The notes under the pieces: model-generated | Database searches by the model: none | Seen by the model: the letters and a program-made list of their open reading frames with translations, nothing else | Told to the model about the DNA's origin: nothing | Made by a program: the position numbers and the translations under genes | Shown: piece by piece, positions 29,992 through 40,356 of the stretch | Position numbering within the stretch: the first letter of the stretch is position 1 | Layout: the number at the start of each line of letters is the position of its first letter | NCBI GenBank assembly: GCA_041583035.1 | Contig: JBFHGP010000001.1 | Span: 1 to 63,537, forward strand | From: Flavobacterium sp. | GTDB lineage: Bacteria; Bacteroidota; Bacteroidia; Flavobacteriales; Flavobacteriaceae | Length of the DNA stretch: 63,537 nt | Direction: 5' to 3'

Positions 29992-32900
29992 ATGAAATCA
30001 AAGTTTACTTGGATTTTTACACTGTTTATGGTGTTGGCTGTGCAGCTAGTTTCTGCGCAGGAGAAAACTGTGACAGGTACGGTAACAGATGCGGATTTTA
30101 AAGATCCTCTACCGGGTGTTTCAGTAATGTTAGAAGGTACTCAGTCTGGGACTGAGACCGATATGGATGGTAAATATTCAATCAAAGCCAAGCCTGGTCA
30201 AAGATTGGTATTTAAATTTACAGGCTTTAAAGAGGTCGCGTTAACAGTAGGTCAATCAGACGTTTTGAATGCTGAGATGTTGGAGTTAACAGAAGATTTA
30301 GAAACAGTTGTTATTGATAACTATCGAACAGTTTCAAAAGAAAAGTCGTCTACTGCGTCAACAACAGTAACATCGAAAACTATTGAAGGTAGGCCAAATG
30401 CGTCTTTTATTCAAACATTGCAAGGTCAAATACCTGGTTTGAATATTTCGACAGGTTCAGGGCAGCCAGGTAGTAATGACACGTCTGTAATTTTGAGAGG
30501 TTTAGGGTCAATCAATGGAGCGGTAGAGCCGCTATATGTGATTGATGGTATTCCTATGTCTTCTGATAGATTTAGAAGTATCAACCCGAATGATTTTGAT
30601 ACGGTAACTGTATTGAAGGATGCTGGTGCAACTGCTATCTATGGTAACAGAGGTGCAAATGGAGTAATCGTAATTACTACCAAAAAAGGTTCTTTTGATT
30701 CAGCATTGCAGGTTAAGTACGTAGGTTCTACAGGTGTGAGTGCGTTACAGAGTAATGATTATAATATGATGAATGCTGAAGAAGCATTGGATTATACAGG
30801 ATATACAAGACAAATGTTAGGTTTGTCGGGTACAAACTATGACACTGATTGGATGGATGTTTTCTTTAGAAATGCCGTTTCTCAAAATCATACTTTGTCT
30901 TTCTCTGCGGGGTCTAGTAACTTGTCTACATATACTTCAGTAGGTTATTCTGATGTAGAAGGTGTGTTGAAAAATACAGGGCTGAAGAGATTTACATTCG
31001 TAAATAACTTATCAGGTAAAAATGATAACGGAAGGTTGACATTTGGTACTACAATTAGTGCAAACTATTCAAATTCGAAAATCCAGCCTGTTACGGGAAG
31101 TGCTACTTACGCAGATAACTTCTTCTTTGGTTCCTTTATTGCTTTTCCTTTTTATAGTCCAGAGCAATGGGACGGTACTCTTTCAGGGTTGCAAAATGAT
31201 ATTTTTACACTTCCTGGAGGACAAGGTGTGTTGAAATCACCATTTATGTTGATGGATAGAATGAAAAACTACGGTAGAGATCAAGATGAATTCAAGTTAA
31301 TTGCTGGTGGTAACATCAACTACGATTTAGGTTCTGGTTTTACAGTAGGGTCTAGAGTAGGTGTTGATTATCAAACTATCAGTCAATTTACTTTCAATGA
31401 CCCTCTTTCATACATTTCAAATTCAGGGTTACCTGCAGACCAATTGTTTACAGGTAGTACGGCGGGTGTAGAAGAAAGAAGAGTGTTGTTTAATTCAACA
31501 ACAAACTTGACTTGGAATAAAGATTTGTCAGACAAAAGTAGTTTGTCTATCGCAGGGTATTTAGAATATATGAAAGGACACTTCAAAAATTCTTATTACT
31601 CAAAAGAGGGGTATGACCCTTATTTCTTCGACAGAAGAGATGGAGATTCAGGATCTATTCCTGATAATGAAGATAATGATTATTACGTACCAACTGCTGG
31701 AATGTATGTGTATAATGCAGGGTTGTTTTCATACTTTGGTTTAGCTAGTTATGATTACGATTCAAGGTATGGTTTAGAGGCTACTATCCGTAGAGATGCT
31801 TCTTTCCGTTTCGTGGATGATAACAGATGGGGTACTTTTTGGTCTGTATCTGGTAGATGGAATATTTCTAATGAAGACTTTATGTCAGGATCTTCTTTTA
31901 ATGAGTTGAAATTGAGAGCGTCTTATGGTACAGCAGGTAATCAAGATATTACTGGTTCAGGTATTTTTGGTGGAGCTAATCTATATGAAACTGTCTATTC
32001 TTCTGCTTCAGGTTATAATAACGAAACATCTTTGGTGTTATCTCAATTACCAAACAGAAACCTACAATGGGAAACCATTACAACAGCAAACGTAGGTTTA
32101 GATTTTGGAGTGTTTGATAACAGATTGAGAGGTAGCTTAGATGTGTATAGAAAACAAACAGACGATTTGTATCAAGACGTGCCATTGTCAGCTATTAATG
32201 CTACATCTAATTTGATGAGTAACTTTGGGTCTATTCGTAACGAAGGTATTGAGTTTATCATTGCTGGTGACGTAATTAGAACTGATGATACAAGATTGAC
32301 GTTGAATTTCAATGGAGCATATAACAAAAATACTATTTTGGATATTCCACAAGAAAACGGATTTTTCTGGGATGGTTCTGGACTTTACGCGATGCAAGAG
32401 GGTGATATGTTAGGGCAGTTCTATATGCACGAATTTTCTAGAGTAGATCCTGATACTGGAGAAGCTTTGTTTTTAGATAAAGATGGTCAAGAGACGAATA
32501 ACCCATTAGATGAAGATTACAGATTGTTAGGGAAATCATACATGCCTAAGTATGTAGGAAGTTTCGGGTTAGACTTTGAACACAAAGGATGGTTTCTACA
32601 AGCAAACTTTACTTATGCCCAAGATGTTTATAGATATGATAATGACTACTTCTTCATTACACACCCTAACTTTGCTGGGTCAATCAATCAATCAAATGAT
32701 GCAAGAGACATTTGGGAACAACCAGGCGATATTGCTGCTTTCCCTTCAACAGGTAATTTGGGGTTAATTTCTGGAAGTTCATTATATGTTAAAGACGCCT
32801 CTTATGTTAGATTGAGATATCTGACTGTAGGACATACGTTTAACCCTAAAAACCTTGGGTTTATTGGTTTGACAGGATTGAGAGTATATGCTCAGGCAGA

Positions 32901-33018
32901 GAACTTATATACCTGGTCTAAGTGGAAAGGATGGGATGCTGAAAGTAACAGAGGTATCGATATGGCACAATATCCAACACCAAAAACTGTTTCTTTCGGA
33001 GTTGAAGTTCAATTTTAA
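29992..33018 (+). CDS. SusC/RagA TonB-dependent outer-membrane transporter
   Basis: N-terminal CarboxypepD-like extension, PLYVIDG, LKDAGATAIYGNRGANGVIVITTK, C-terminal Phe. Confidence 0.96.
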   Translation: MKSKFTWIFTLFMVLAVQLVSAQEKTVTGTVTDADFKDPLPGVSVMLEGTQSGTETDMDGKYSIKAKPGQRLVFKFTGFKEVALTVGQSDVLNAEMLELTEDLETVVIDNYRTVSKEKSSTASTTVTSKTIEGRPNASFIQTLQGQIPGLNISTGSGQPGSNDTSVILRGLGSINGAVEPLYVIDGIPMSSDRFRSINPNDFDTVTVLKDAGATAIYGNRGANGVIVITTKKGSFDSALQVKYVGSTGVSALQSNDYNMMNAEEALDYTGYTRQMLGLSGTNYDTDWMDVFFRNAVSQNHTLSFSAGSSNLSTYTSVGYSDVEGVLKNTGLKRFTFVNNLSGKNDNGRLTFGTTISANYSNSKIQPVTGSATYADNFFFGSFIAFPFYSPEQWDGTLSGLQNDIFTLPGGQGVLKSPFMLMDRMKNYGRDQDEFKLIAGGNINYDLGSGFTVGSRVGVDYQTISQFTFNDPLSYISNSGLPADQLFTGSTAGVEERRVLFNSTTNLTWNKDLSDKSSLSIAGYLEYMKGHFKNSYYSKEGYDPYFFDRRDGDSGSIPDNEDNDYYVPTAGMYVYNAGLFSYFGLASYDYDSRYGLEATIRRDASFRFVDDNRWGTFWSVSGRWNISNEDFMSGSSFNELKLRASYGTAGNQDITGSGIFGGANLYETVYSSASGYNNETSLVLSQLPNRNLQWETITTANVGLDFGVFDNRLRGSLDVYRKQTDDLYQDVPLSAINATSNLMSNFGSIRNEGIEFIIAGDVIRTDDTRLTLNFNGAYNKNTILDIPQENGFFWDGSGLYAMQEGDMLGQFYMHEFSRVDPDTGEALFLDKDGQETNNPLDEDYRLLGKSYMPKYVGSFGLDFEHKGWFLQANFTYAQDVYRYDNDYFFITHPNFAGSINQSNDARDIWEQPGDIAAFPSTGNLGLISGSSLYVKDASYVRLRYLTVGHTFNPKNLGFIGLTGLRVYAQAENLYTWSKWKGWDAESNRGIDMAQYPTPKTVSFGVEVQF

Positions 33019-33030
33019 AATGATTAAATT

Positions 33031-34629
33031 ATGAAAAGTAAATTTATAGCAGTATTATCAGCATTTGCTCTTATCACAGCTGCTACGTCATGTGAAGACG
33101 CATATAATGTAGAGCAGCCTGGGTATGATAACTCAACTGATGATACTAAGATATTTAGAAACAACACGGATATAGAACGTGGTATAGTAGGCTTACATGC
33201 CAGTTTGTCTAACGAAAATGAGATTGAATTCGTTTCGTATTTTACAGATGAACTTGGAATTGGGTTTGAAAATGGAGGTCAAGGTATTAATGATGCTTCA
33301 TGGAGATTTTTACTCACACCTGGTAACGATTTTGTAGTTAGTGCGTGGGGGCAATACTATAACATTATCAATAGATGTAATAGGTTGTTGAAAAGAGTTG
33401 ATGATTTAAAAGCAGAAGAAACTGATCAGGCAGAAATTAATAATTACGATTTAAATAGAGCTAGACTGCTGTCGTTGAGAGCATATGCAAACTTGAAATT
33501 GTTTTCTTACTTTACGCCAGATTATACAAACCCAAGTGGATTGTCAATCATTAAATTTGACTTTGTACAAACAGATGATTATAGCCGACATGAGCCAAGA
33601 GCTACAGTTAGTGAAATTGCAGATTTTATCGAATCTGACGTAGAAGAAGCCCTACAGATTACGCAGTCTTTGGGAACAGACATGAATAGTTCATTTTTCA
33701 GTTCGGTTAACGATAATGCATATGTGAATAATAACTTTGCTAGAACTATTTTGGTAAAACTTTATGCCATGCTAGAAAGAGATGATAAAGTTATTGAATA
33801 TGCAGATGCAGTCACTGGTAAATCTCTTGGTAGTGGTCTTAATTATATTTTGATGTTTGATAATGACAATTCTGACTTACCACAAAACACCGAGATCATA
33901 TTTAGATTAAATAGGGTTTTTAATGACGGTAATGCCGTTGCTAGAGCATGGTATGACACAAGCGCTACTCCTGCTCAAGGTGTTACTTTGATGGAGATAG
34001 GTCGTGTATTGTACAATCAATTTGATCAACTAGATCCTACAGCAACAGGTCAAGGTGCTGGTGCCGCAAGAAATGACTTCAGATACTCTGTAAATGTTAG
34101 ATCTGAGTCTACACCGATGGCTAATTATGCTTCAGTTACATATGCTAATTTCAAAGCAAATGATAAGCTTTATATTGGAAAATTCCCAGGAAGTACTCAA
34201 AATGTATTGCAAAATGATATTCCAATTTTTAGATATGCTGACGTCTTGCTTGCTAAAGCAGAAGCGTATGCAATGAGAAGCGATTATCCAGCGGTTTTAG
34301 GAGTAATTCAAGAATTACGTGAGGCTCGCTCTCAAGACCCATCAGCAATAGTATTGCCTACTATAAATAGTGATGAGTCTGCATGGAAAGCTATTTTGGA
34401 TGAAAGACAAGTTGAATTCGCATTTGAAGGTCACAGATATTTAGACGTGAAAAGAATGGGTGACAAGGCTGGTCTAGTAGACTATTTTGTTAGAGATGAG
34501 CAAGATTGTGAGTTTTATGACGCTTGTAGTTTGCCAGCTTCAGACAGTCACAAACTAACTTTGCCAATTTCTAGATTAGAAACTCAAGCTAACCCTGCAA
34601 TCAGAGATCAACAAAATCCTGGTTACTAG
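33031..34629 (+). CDS. SusD/RagB nutrient-binding lipoprotein
   Basis: Lipobox TSC-ED, FRYADVLLAKAEA, ERQVEFAFEGHRYLD, QNPGY C-terminus. Confidence 0.95.
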   Translation: MKSKFIAVLSAFALITAATSCEDAYNVEQPGYDNSTDDTKIFRNNTDIERGIVGLHASLSNENEIEFVSYFTDELGIGFENGGQGINDASWRFLLTPGNDFVVSAWGQYYNIINRCNRLLKRVDDLKAEETDQAEINNYDLNRARLLSLRAYANLKLFSYFTPDYTNPSGLSIIKFDFVQTDDYSRHEPRATVSEIADFIESDVEEALQITQSLGTDMNSSFFSSVNDNAYVNNNFARTILVKLYAMLERDDKVIEYADAVTGKSLGSGLNYILMFDNDNSDLPQNTEIIFRLNRVFNDGNAVARAWYDTSATPAQGVTLMEIGRVLYNQFDQLDPTATGQGAGAARNDFRYSVNVRSESTPMANYASVTYANFKANDKLYIGKFPGSTQNVLQNDIPIFRYADVLLAKAEAYAMRSDYPAVLGVIQELREARSQDPSAIVLPTINSDESAWKAILDERQVEFAFEGHRYLDVKRMGDKAGLVDYFVRDEQDCEFYDACSLPASDSHKLTLPISRLETQANPAIRDQQNPGY

Positions 34630-34649
34630 TCTTAGCTTAATAATAATGC

Positions 34650-34678
34650 AAAAGCCTCCCATCAAGGGAGGCTTTTTT
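34650..34678 (+). terminator. Intrinsic terminator after susD
   Basis: AAAAGCCTCCC-ATCAA-GGGAGGCTTTTTT. Confidence 0.9.
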
Positions 34679-34782
34679 GTTAGCTAATCGTTAAGAGTGT
34701 AGCTAAACTTATCTTTTTTACGGATTTATTTTATTAAATCAAAGAAAATCATTAAATTCGCATTCAGCAAAATTTAAGATAT

Positions 34783-36066
34783 ATGTCAAATACTGCCACT
34801 ATAGAAATAGACGGAAAAAAAATAGAATTACCTTTAGTAACCGGAACAGAAAACGAAGTTGCTATTGATATCGCCAAATTAAGAGCTCAGACAGGCTTGG
34901 TTACCATAGACCCTGGTTATAAAAATACGGGTTCTTGTACCAGTGCCATCACTTTTTTGGACGGCGAAAAAGGGATTTTACGTTACCGCGGTTACAGCAT
35001 CGAATCGTTGGCCGAGAATTCTTCTTTCTTAGAAGTTGCCTATTTGGTTGTATTCGGCGAATTACCGTCAAAAACTGAGCTAGAAAAATTCGAAAAAAAT
35101 ATTCAAAAACACAGCTTGGTTCACGAAGAGATGAAACACATTATCGATGGTTTTCCTAAGCATGCTCACCCAATGGGCGTATTATCTTCGCTTACATGTG
35201 CCTTAACGGCGTTCAACCCGAGAAGAGTAAACGTCGAAGATGAAGATGATTTGTACGAGTCTGTATGCAAAATCATGGCCAAGTTTTTGGTTATCGCTAC
35301 TTGGACTTATCGCAAGATGAAAGGTTATCCGATGAACTACTATGACAATTCAAAATCGTATGTAGAAAACTTCATCCGCTTGATGTTTGAGCTACCAACT
35401 GGCGAATACAAAGCTAGTCCAATCGTGCGCAATGCTTTAGACAAATTGTTTATCCTTCACGCCGATCACGAGCAAAACTGCTCTACATCTACTGTGCGTA
35501 TGGTAGGCTCTGCACACGCTGGATTGTTCGCGTCAATATCTTCAGGTGTTTCTGCACTTTGGGGGCCTCTACACGGTGGAGCAAACCAAGCAGTATTGGA
35601 GATGCTAGAAGAAATACAAAACGATGGCGGAGATGTAGATAAATATATCGCTAAAGCCAAAGATAAAGAAGACCCATTCAGACTAATGGGCTTCGGGCAC
35701 AGAGTGTACAAAAACTTTGACCCTAGAGCAAAAATCATTAAAAAAGCCGCTGACGACGTGTTGGCAGAGTTAGGTGTAGACGATCCTATTCTTGATATCG
35801 CCAAACAATTAGAGAAAAAAGCGTTGGAAGACGAATATTTCGTAGCGCGTAACCTTTATCCAAATGTAGACTTTTACTCAGGTATCATCTACAGAGCGTT
35901 GGGTATCCCGACCGAGATGTTTACAGTAATGTTTGCTATCGGAAGACTACCAGGATGGGTAGCGCAATGGAAAGAAATGCGTGTAAACAAAGAACCAATT
36001 GGCCGTCCAAGACAAATATATGTAGGTGAAACAGAACGTACCTACAAACCGATTAACGAAAGATAA
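34783..36066 (+). CDS. gltA: Citrate synthase
   Basis: HADHEQNCST, GPLHGGAN, MGFGHRVY, YPNVDFYSG. Confidence 0.98.
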   Translation: MSNTATIEIDGKKIELPLVTGTENEVAIDIAKLRAQTGLVTIDPGYKNTGSCTSAITFLDGEKGILRYRGYSIESLAENSSFLEVAYLVVFGELPSKTELEKFEKNIQKHSLVHEEMKHIIDGFPKHAHPMGVLSSLTCALTAFNPRRVNVEDEDDLYESVCKIMAKFLVIATWTYRKMKGYPMNYYDNSKSYVENFIRLMFELPTGEYKASPIVRNALDKLFILHADHEQNCSTSTVRMVGSAHAGLFASISSGVSALWGPLHGGANQAVLEMLEEIQNDGGDVDKYIAKAKDKEDPFRLMGFGHRVYKNFDPRAKIIKKAADDVLAELGVDDPILDIAKQLEKKALEDEYFVARNLYPNVDFYSGIIYRALGIPTEMFTVMFAIGRLPGWVAQWKEMRVNKEPIGRPRQIYVGETERTYKPINER

Positions 36067-36074
36067 TTGTATAT

Positions 36075-36097
36075 AAAAGCCGGTTTTGCCGGCTTTT
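36075..36097 (+). terminator. Terminator-like hairpin after gltA
   Basis: AAAAGCCGG-TTTTG-CCGGCTTTT. Confidence 0.75.
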
Positions 36098-36140
36098 GTT
36101 TTATAAACACAGTAAATTTTACATCTCAAAAACGATCATT

Positions 36141-37055
36141 ATGTTGTCACTAAATGTAAAAAACGAAACCTCTCGATTGAGAGCTGTGGTGTTGGGTACC
36201 GCACAAAGCAACGGACCTACACCTGCCGTAGAAGAAGCCTATGACCCAAAATCGCTAGAACATATTAAAGCAGGCACTTATCCTGTAGAGGCTGATATGG
36301 TTAGAGAAATGGAGGCACTCAACCAAGTATTTCAGAAATATGATGTCAAGGTGTATAGACCCGAAATTATTGCAGATTACAACCAAATTTTTAGCCGTGA
36401 CATCGGTTTTGTGATTGATGATATCTTTTTCAAAGCCAATATTTTACCAGATCGCGAACGCGAATTGAATGCTATTCAATATGTGATTGACCAGATAAAC
36501 CCAAAACACGTGATGCGCCCGCCAGAAGAGGTGCATATCGAGGGCGGCGACGTGATGTTGCACAACGACCACATTTTTATTGGCACATACAAAGGCGATG
36601 ATTACAAAAACTTTCTCACCGCACGCACCAACATGGCTGGGGTAGAGTACATCAAAAATCTTTTTCCGAATAAAACCGTGAAAGAATTTGATTTGAATAA
36701 ATCCAAAACCGTAGCCAAAGACAATGCTTTGCACCTAGACTGCTGTTTTCAGCCAGTAGGTGTCAACAAGGCAATTATTCACAAAGAAGGTTTTAGAGAC
36801 GTTAAAGACTATGAATATTTGGTCAATCTATTTGGGGAAGAAAACCTTTTTCATATCGACAAAGAAGAGATGTATCACATGAATTCTAATGTTTTTTCGA
36901 TTGCACCAGATGTTGTCGTTTCTGAGAAAAATTTTACCCGCCTCAACAATTGGTTGCGCCAACAAGGTTTTACCGTCGAAGAAGTGCCGTATGCCGAGAT
37001 TTCGAAACAAGAAGGCTTGTTGCGATGCTCGACTTTACCATTGATTAGAGATTAA
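36141..37055 (+). CDS. Amidinotransferase-superfamily (arginine deiminase/DDAH-like) protein
   Basis: FSRD, IEGGD, LHLDC, GLLRCSTLP catalytic pattern. Confidence 0.9.
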   Translation: MLSLNVKNETSRLRAVVLGTAQSNGPTPAVEEAYDPKSLEHIKAGTYPVEADMVREMEALNQVFQKYDVKVYRPEIIADYNQIFSRDIGFVIDDIFFKANILPDRERELNAIQYVIDQINPKHVMRPPEEVHIEGGDVMLHNDHIFIGTYKGDDYKNFLTARTNMAGVEYIKNLFPNKTVKEFDLNKSKTVAKDNALHLDCCFQPVGVNKAIIHKEGFRDVKDYEYLVNLFGEENLFHIDKEEMYHMNSNVFSIAPDVVVSEKNFTRLNNWLRQQGFTVEEVPYAEISKQEGLLRCSTLPLIRD

Positions 37056-37074
37056 TTTTTGCCAATTTATTCAC

Positions 37075-38010
37075 ATGAAACAAACCACCAATACCGTACT
37101 AATGATTCGTCCGATTGCTTTTCGGATGAATGAACAAACCGCCGTAAATAATTATTACCAAAAAGTTTTGGACAAACTCACTCCGGCGACCGTTAACGCC
37201 AAAGCACAAGAAGAGTTTGACCGCTTTGTAAATGTTTTGGAACAGCACGGTGTAAACGTAGTTGTGGTACAAGATACCATCGACCCAGACACACCAGACA
37301 GTATTTTTCCAAATAACTGGATTTCTTTCCACGAAAACGGAGAAGTGGTGTTGTACCCTATGTTTGCCGAGAACCGTCGCCTAGAGCGCCGAGAAGACGT
37401 TTTGGAGACCATAGAAGACAAAGGATTTGTTATCGAACAAATAATGGACTATACATCTGCCGAAGATGAGGATATTTTTCTCGAAGGAACGGGTAGTATG
37501 ATTATCGACCGCGCCAATAAAAAAGTGTACTGCGCGCTCTCGCCTCGTGCCGATGAAGAGCTGGTGATACAATTTTGTGAAGACCACGAGATGTTGCCAG
37601 TTATTTTTGAATCTTTCCAAACGGTAAACGATGAGCGCAAATTGATATACCACACCAATGTAATGATGTGTTTGGGCGAAACTTTTGCAGTGATATGCCT
37701 AGATTCTATCGATGACAAAAAAGAGCGTAAAAACGTCGTAAAACAGCTCAAAGAAGATGGTAAAGAGATTATTGAGATAACTGAAGAGCAAGTAAATAAT
37801 TTTGCCGGCAATATGCTCGAATTGGTCAACAATAACAACGAGAGATTGCTCATCATGAGTACACAAGCCCATGATATTCTAACCGATACTCAAAAACAAA
37901 CCCTTGGCCAACACGCCAAAATCGTGCATAGTTCTCTCGATATTATTGAAGCTTGCGGTGGAGGCAGCGCCAGATGTATGCTAGCAGAAGTGTTTTTGCC
38001 GAAAAAATAA
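37075..38010 (+). CDS. ctlX: Citrulline utilization hydrolase CtlX-like
   Basis: PDSIFPNNW, LEGTGS, YHTNVMM, GGGSARCMLAE. Confidence 0.88.
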   Translation: MKQTTNTVLMIRPIAFRMNEQTAVNNYYQKVLDKLTPATVNAKAQEEFDRFVNVLEQHGVNVVVVQDTIDPDTPDSIFPNNWISFHENGEVVLYPMFAENRRLERREDVLETIEDKGFVIEQIMDYTSAEDEDIFLEGTGSMIIDRANKKVYCALSPRADEELVIQFCEDHEMLPVIFESFQTVNDERKLIYHTNVMMCLGETFAVICLDSIDDKKERKNVVKQLKEDGKEIIEITEEQVNNFAGNMLELVNNNNERLLIMSTQAHDILTDTQKQTLGQHAKIVHSSLDIIEACGGGSARCMLAEVFLPKK

Positions 38011-38076
38011 TTTTGGTAGCTTTCCAACCTTTTTGTAACTTTAAGCGTCTATACTAATAAACAAAAAGGTATTATT

Positions 38077-38463
38077 ATGATAAAGCAAACATTAATTATT
38101 GTTTTCCTAATGGCAGGATTTTTTTCGGTTGTTTCTTGTAATTCGGACGATAATGCGCAAGAAAATCCGTACGAAATCTATGCGGGAGATTGGTCTGGAA
38201 CGTTTTCAGGCGATGATGAAGGTACTTGGTCTGCCTCAATTGATCAGAACGGCTATGTTATAGGAACATTGGTGTCTAATATTGCCACTTTTCCGATGAG
38301 TGTTGAAGGACAGGTTTCGCAAAACGGAGAAGTTGATATGGAATATTTTGATGTTGGAGGCAATCAGGTAGGCGCCATGACGGGTAGTTTGACTGCCGAT
38401 ACAGCCACCGGAAATTGGTCTGGGTTTGATATGCAGGGCACCTGGGAGGGCAGTAAAGAATAA
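38077..38463 (+). CDS. Hypothetical acidic beta-rich lipoprotein
   Basis: Lipobox VSC-NSDD; repeated GxWSG / GTWEG strands. Confidence 0.8.
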   Translation: MIKQTLIIVFLMAGFFSVVSCNSDDNAQENPYEIYAGDWSGTFSGDDEGTWSASIDQNGYVIGTLVSNIATFPMSVEGQVSQNGEVDMEYFDVGGNQVGAMTGSLTADTATGNWSGFDMQGTWEGSKE

Positions 38464-38465
38464 AC

Positions 38466-38497
38466 AAAAAAATCACTTCGACCGAAGTGATTTTTTT
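38466..38497. terminator. Bidirectional terminator
   Basis: AAAAAAATCACTTCG-AC-CGAAGTGATTTTTTT. Confidence 0.88.
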
Positions 38498-38512
38498 ATT
38501 TTCGAATACGCA

Positions 38513-39037
38513 TTATTCTTCTTTAACGATTTCTATTGGCGTAAATCCCGTTGCAGGATATTCTATACCATTGTAGCTGATTTTTGTAAGTAACAAATTG
38601 TGGCATTCTGTATCGTAATAGCCAATGATTTTGTCAAAAGTGTTCTCATCTATCTTTAATAAAAAATATGCTTTTGCAGTTTGCGAAACCTCGTCTCTAT
38701 AAATAACATGTCCTAACACTAGCTCCATATGTAATAGTTGTCCATCTTCACCAAATTCTTTATATACTTCTACAAAATTAGGTCGATCAGCGATTAAATC
38801 GCCATTGGGAGAGTATAAATAATTGTCTAAACTATCAGTTGCTATCAGGCTTAAGTTTTCGTAGTCAATATTTGTTGCCCAATTACCTTCTGTATCGGTA
38901 AATTTTATACGCTGTCCTATGTCAACAACGATCTGTCCTTCTGGGCACGGGTTATCGTCCGGATTATATACGGTTTCGCCTTCACAAGAAAGCAACAAGA
39001 ACAAAAATCCTATAAATATTATTGTATAATTTTTCAT
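38513..39037 (-). CDS. Lipoprotein array member 3
   Basis: Lipobox LLSC; ~82% identical (31 differences in 174 aa by hand) to 39598-40122. Confidence 0.88.
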   Translation of the reverse strand: MKNYTIIFIGFLFLLLSCEGETVYNPDDNPCPEGQIVVDIGQRIKFTDTEGNWATNIDYENLSLIATDSLDNYLYSPNGDLIADRPNFVEVYKEFGEDGQLLHMELVLGHVIYRDEVSQTAKAYFLLKIDENTFDKIIGYYDTECHNLLLTKISYNGIEYPATGFTPIEIVKEE

Positions 39038-39058
39038 GAGTATAGATTTGACTCGCTA

Positions 39059-39574
39059 TTATTCTTCTTTAACGATTTCTATAGTGCCCGTTGCAGGATA
39101 TTCTACACCGTTATATATAACATCTGTAATATATTCTGAATAACCATTTTCATTATTATAATAAAAAAGAACCGTTATAGTATCATATTTATTTTCATCA
39201 TATTTTAATTTATAATAAGCAATTGAAGAATTATTGATTTCATCATAACTGTAAGTGCGTCCAAAAAATAACTGTATAATTTCATCATCTTTGCCTCTTA
39301 TTTCTGCAATATTAGGAATATCGGCAACCAAAATACCTTCAATATATAAATCATTAAAATTTTCATCGGTAGCAATCAGGCTCAAATACTCGTCTTTATA
39401 AGTACCGTTTGTAAGAAGATTGTCTCCATTATCGTTTCTATAGCTAAAAGTTTGTGAGGATATTACAATGCCTGGGTTGTCAGGTAAAACATTCACTTCA
39501 TTGTCAACAGTTGTGCTACAGGCATTAACTAGTAGCATACAGATAATTCCTAAAATTACTTTTATAGTTTTCAT
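39059..39574 (-). CDS. Lipoprotein array member 2 (divergent core, shared C-terminus)
   Basis: Start MKTIKV at 39574; lipobox VNAC; shares LSLIATD and YNGVEYPATG..IEIVKEE with its neighbours. Confidence 0.85.
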   Translation of the reverse strand: MKTIKVILGIICMLLVNACSTTVDNEVNVLPDNPGIVISSQTFSYRNDNGDNLLTNGTYKDEYLSLIATDENFNDLYIEGILVADIPNIAEIRGKDDEIIQLFFGRTYSYDEINNSSIAYYKLKYDENKYDTITVLFYYNNENGYSEYITDVIYNGVEYPATGTIEIVKEE

Positions 39575-39597
39575 GAGCAATAGATTTGACTCGCTTT

Positions 39598-40122
39598 TTA
39601 TTCTTCTTTTACGATTTCTATTGGCGTTAATCCCGTTGCAGGATATTCTACACCGTTGTAGCTGATTTTTGTAAGAAATAAACTATAGCATTCAATGTCG
39701 TAATAGCCAATAATTTTGTCAAAAGTGGTGTCATCTATTTTTAATAAAAAATATGCTTTTGCAGTTTGCGAAACCTCGTCTCTATAAATAACATGTCCTA
39801 GCTCTAATTCCATATACACTATTTGTCCGACTTCGTCAAATTCTTTCATGACTTCTACATAATTAGAAGCATCAGCAATTAAATCGCCATTGGGAGCGTA
39901 TAAATAATTGTCTAAACTATCAGTTGCTATCAGGCTTAAGTTTTCGTAGTCAATATTTGTTGTCCAATTACCATCTGTATCGGTGAATTTTATGGACTGT
40001 AAGGTCACTCCTATATTTTGCCCTTCTGGGCATGGGTTATCATCCGGATTATATACGGTTTCACCTTCACAAGAAAGCAACAAGAAAAAAAGCCCTATAA
40101 ATAGTATTGTATAATTTTTCAT
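39598..40122 (-). CDS. Lipoprotein array member 1
   Basis: Lipobox LLSC; paralog of 38513-39037. Confidence 0.88.
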   Translation of the reverse strand: MKNYTILFIGLFFLLLSCEGETVYNPDDNPCPEGQNIGVTLQSIKFTDTDGNWTTNIDYENLSLIATDSLDNYLYAPNGDLIADASNYVEVMKEFDEVGQIVYMELELGHVIYRDEVSQTAKAYFLLKIDDTTFDKIIGYYDIECYSLFLTKISYNGVEYPATGLTPIEIVKEE

Positions 40123-40287
40123 GAGTATTAATTTGGAGTTATGTTATAAATCATTTCTTTATTTCGTATATATGTCACAATATCAAAAGGTTAGTAAGTT
40201 GAGCTAATTTACAATAAATTTTGTATAAACGTCGAATGCATATAAATATTTATTAAACGACTATTCGTGACCATAGGTTTTTACCAG

Positions 40288-40324
40288 AAAAAAAGCACTT
40301 ACAAAAACGTGTTTGTAAGTGCTT
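40288..40324 (-). terminator. Terminator of the suf operon
   Basis: AAGCACTTACAAA...TTTGTAAGTGCTT stem with an A-tract on + (U-tract on -). Confidence 0.8.
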
Positions 40325-40356
40325 AATCAATCTTTATCTATTTTTAAGGTTTGCCC

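Noticed and set aside
38020-38055. ECF-type promoter (CAACC...CGTCT) before the 38077 lipoprotein; similar TGTAAC motif near 16613
   Set aside because: Motifs are too short to support without a cognate sigma model.
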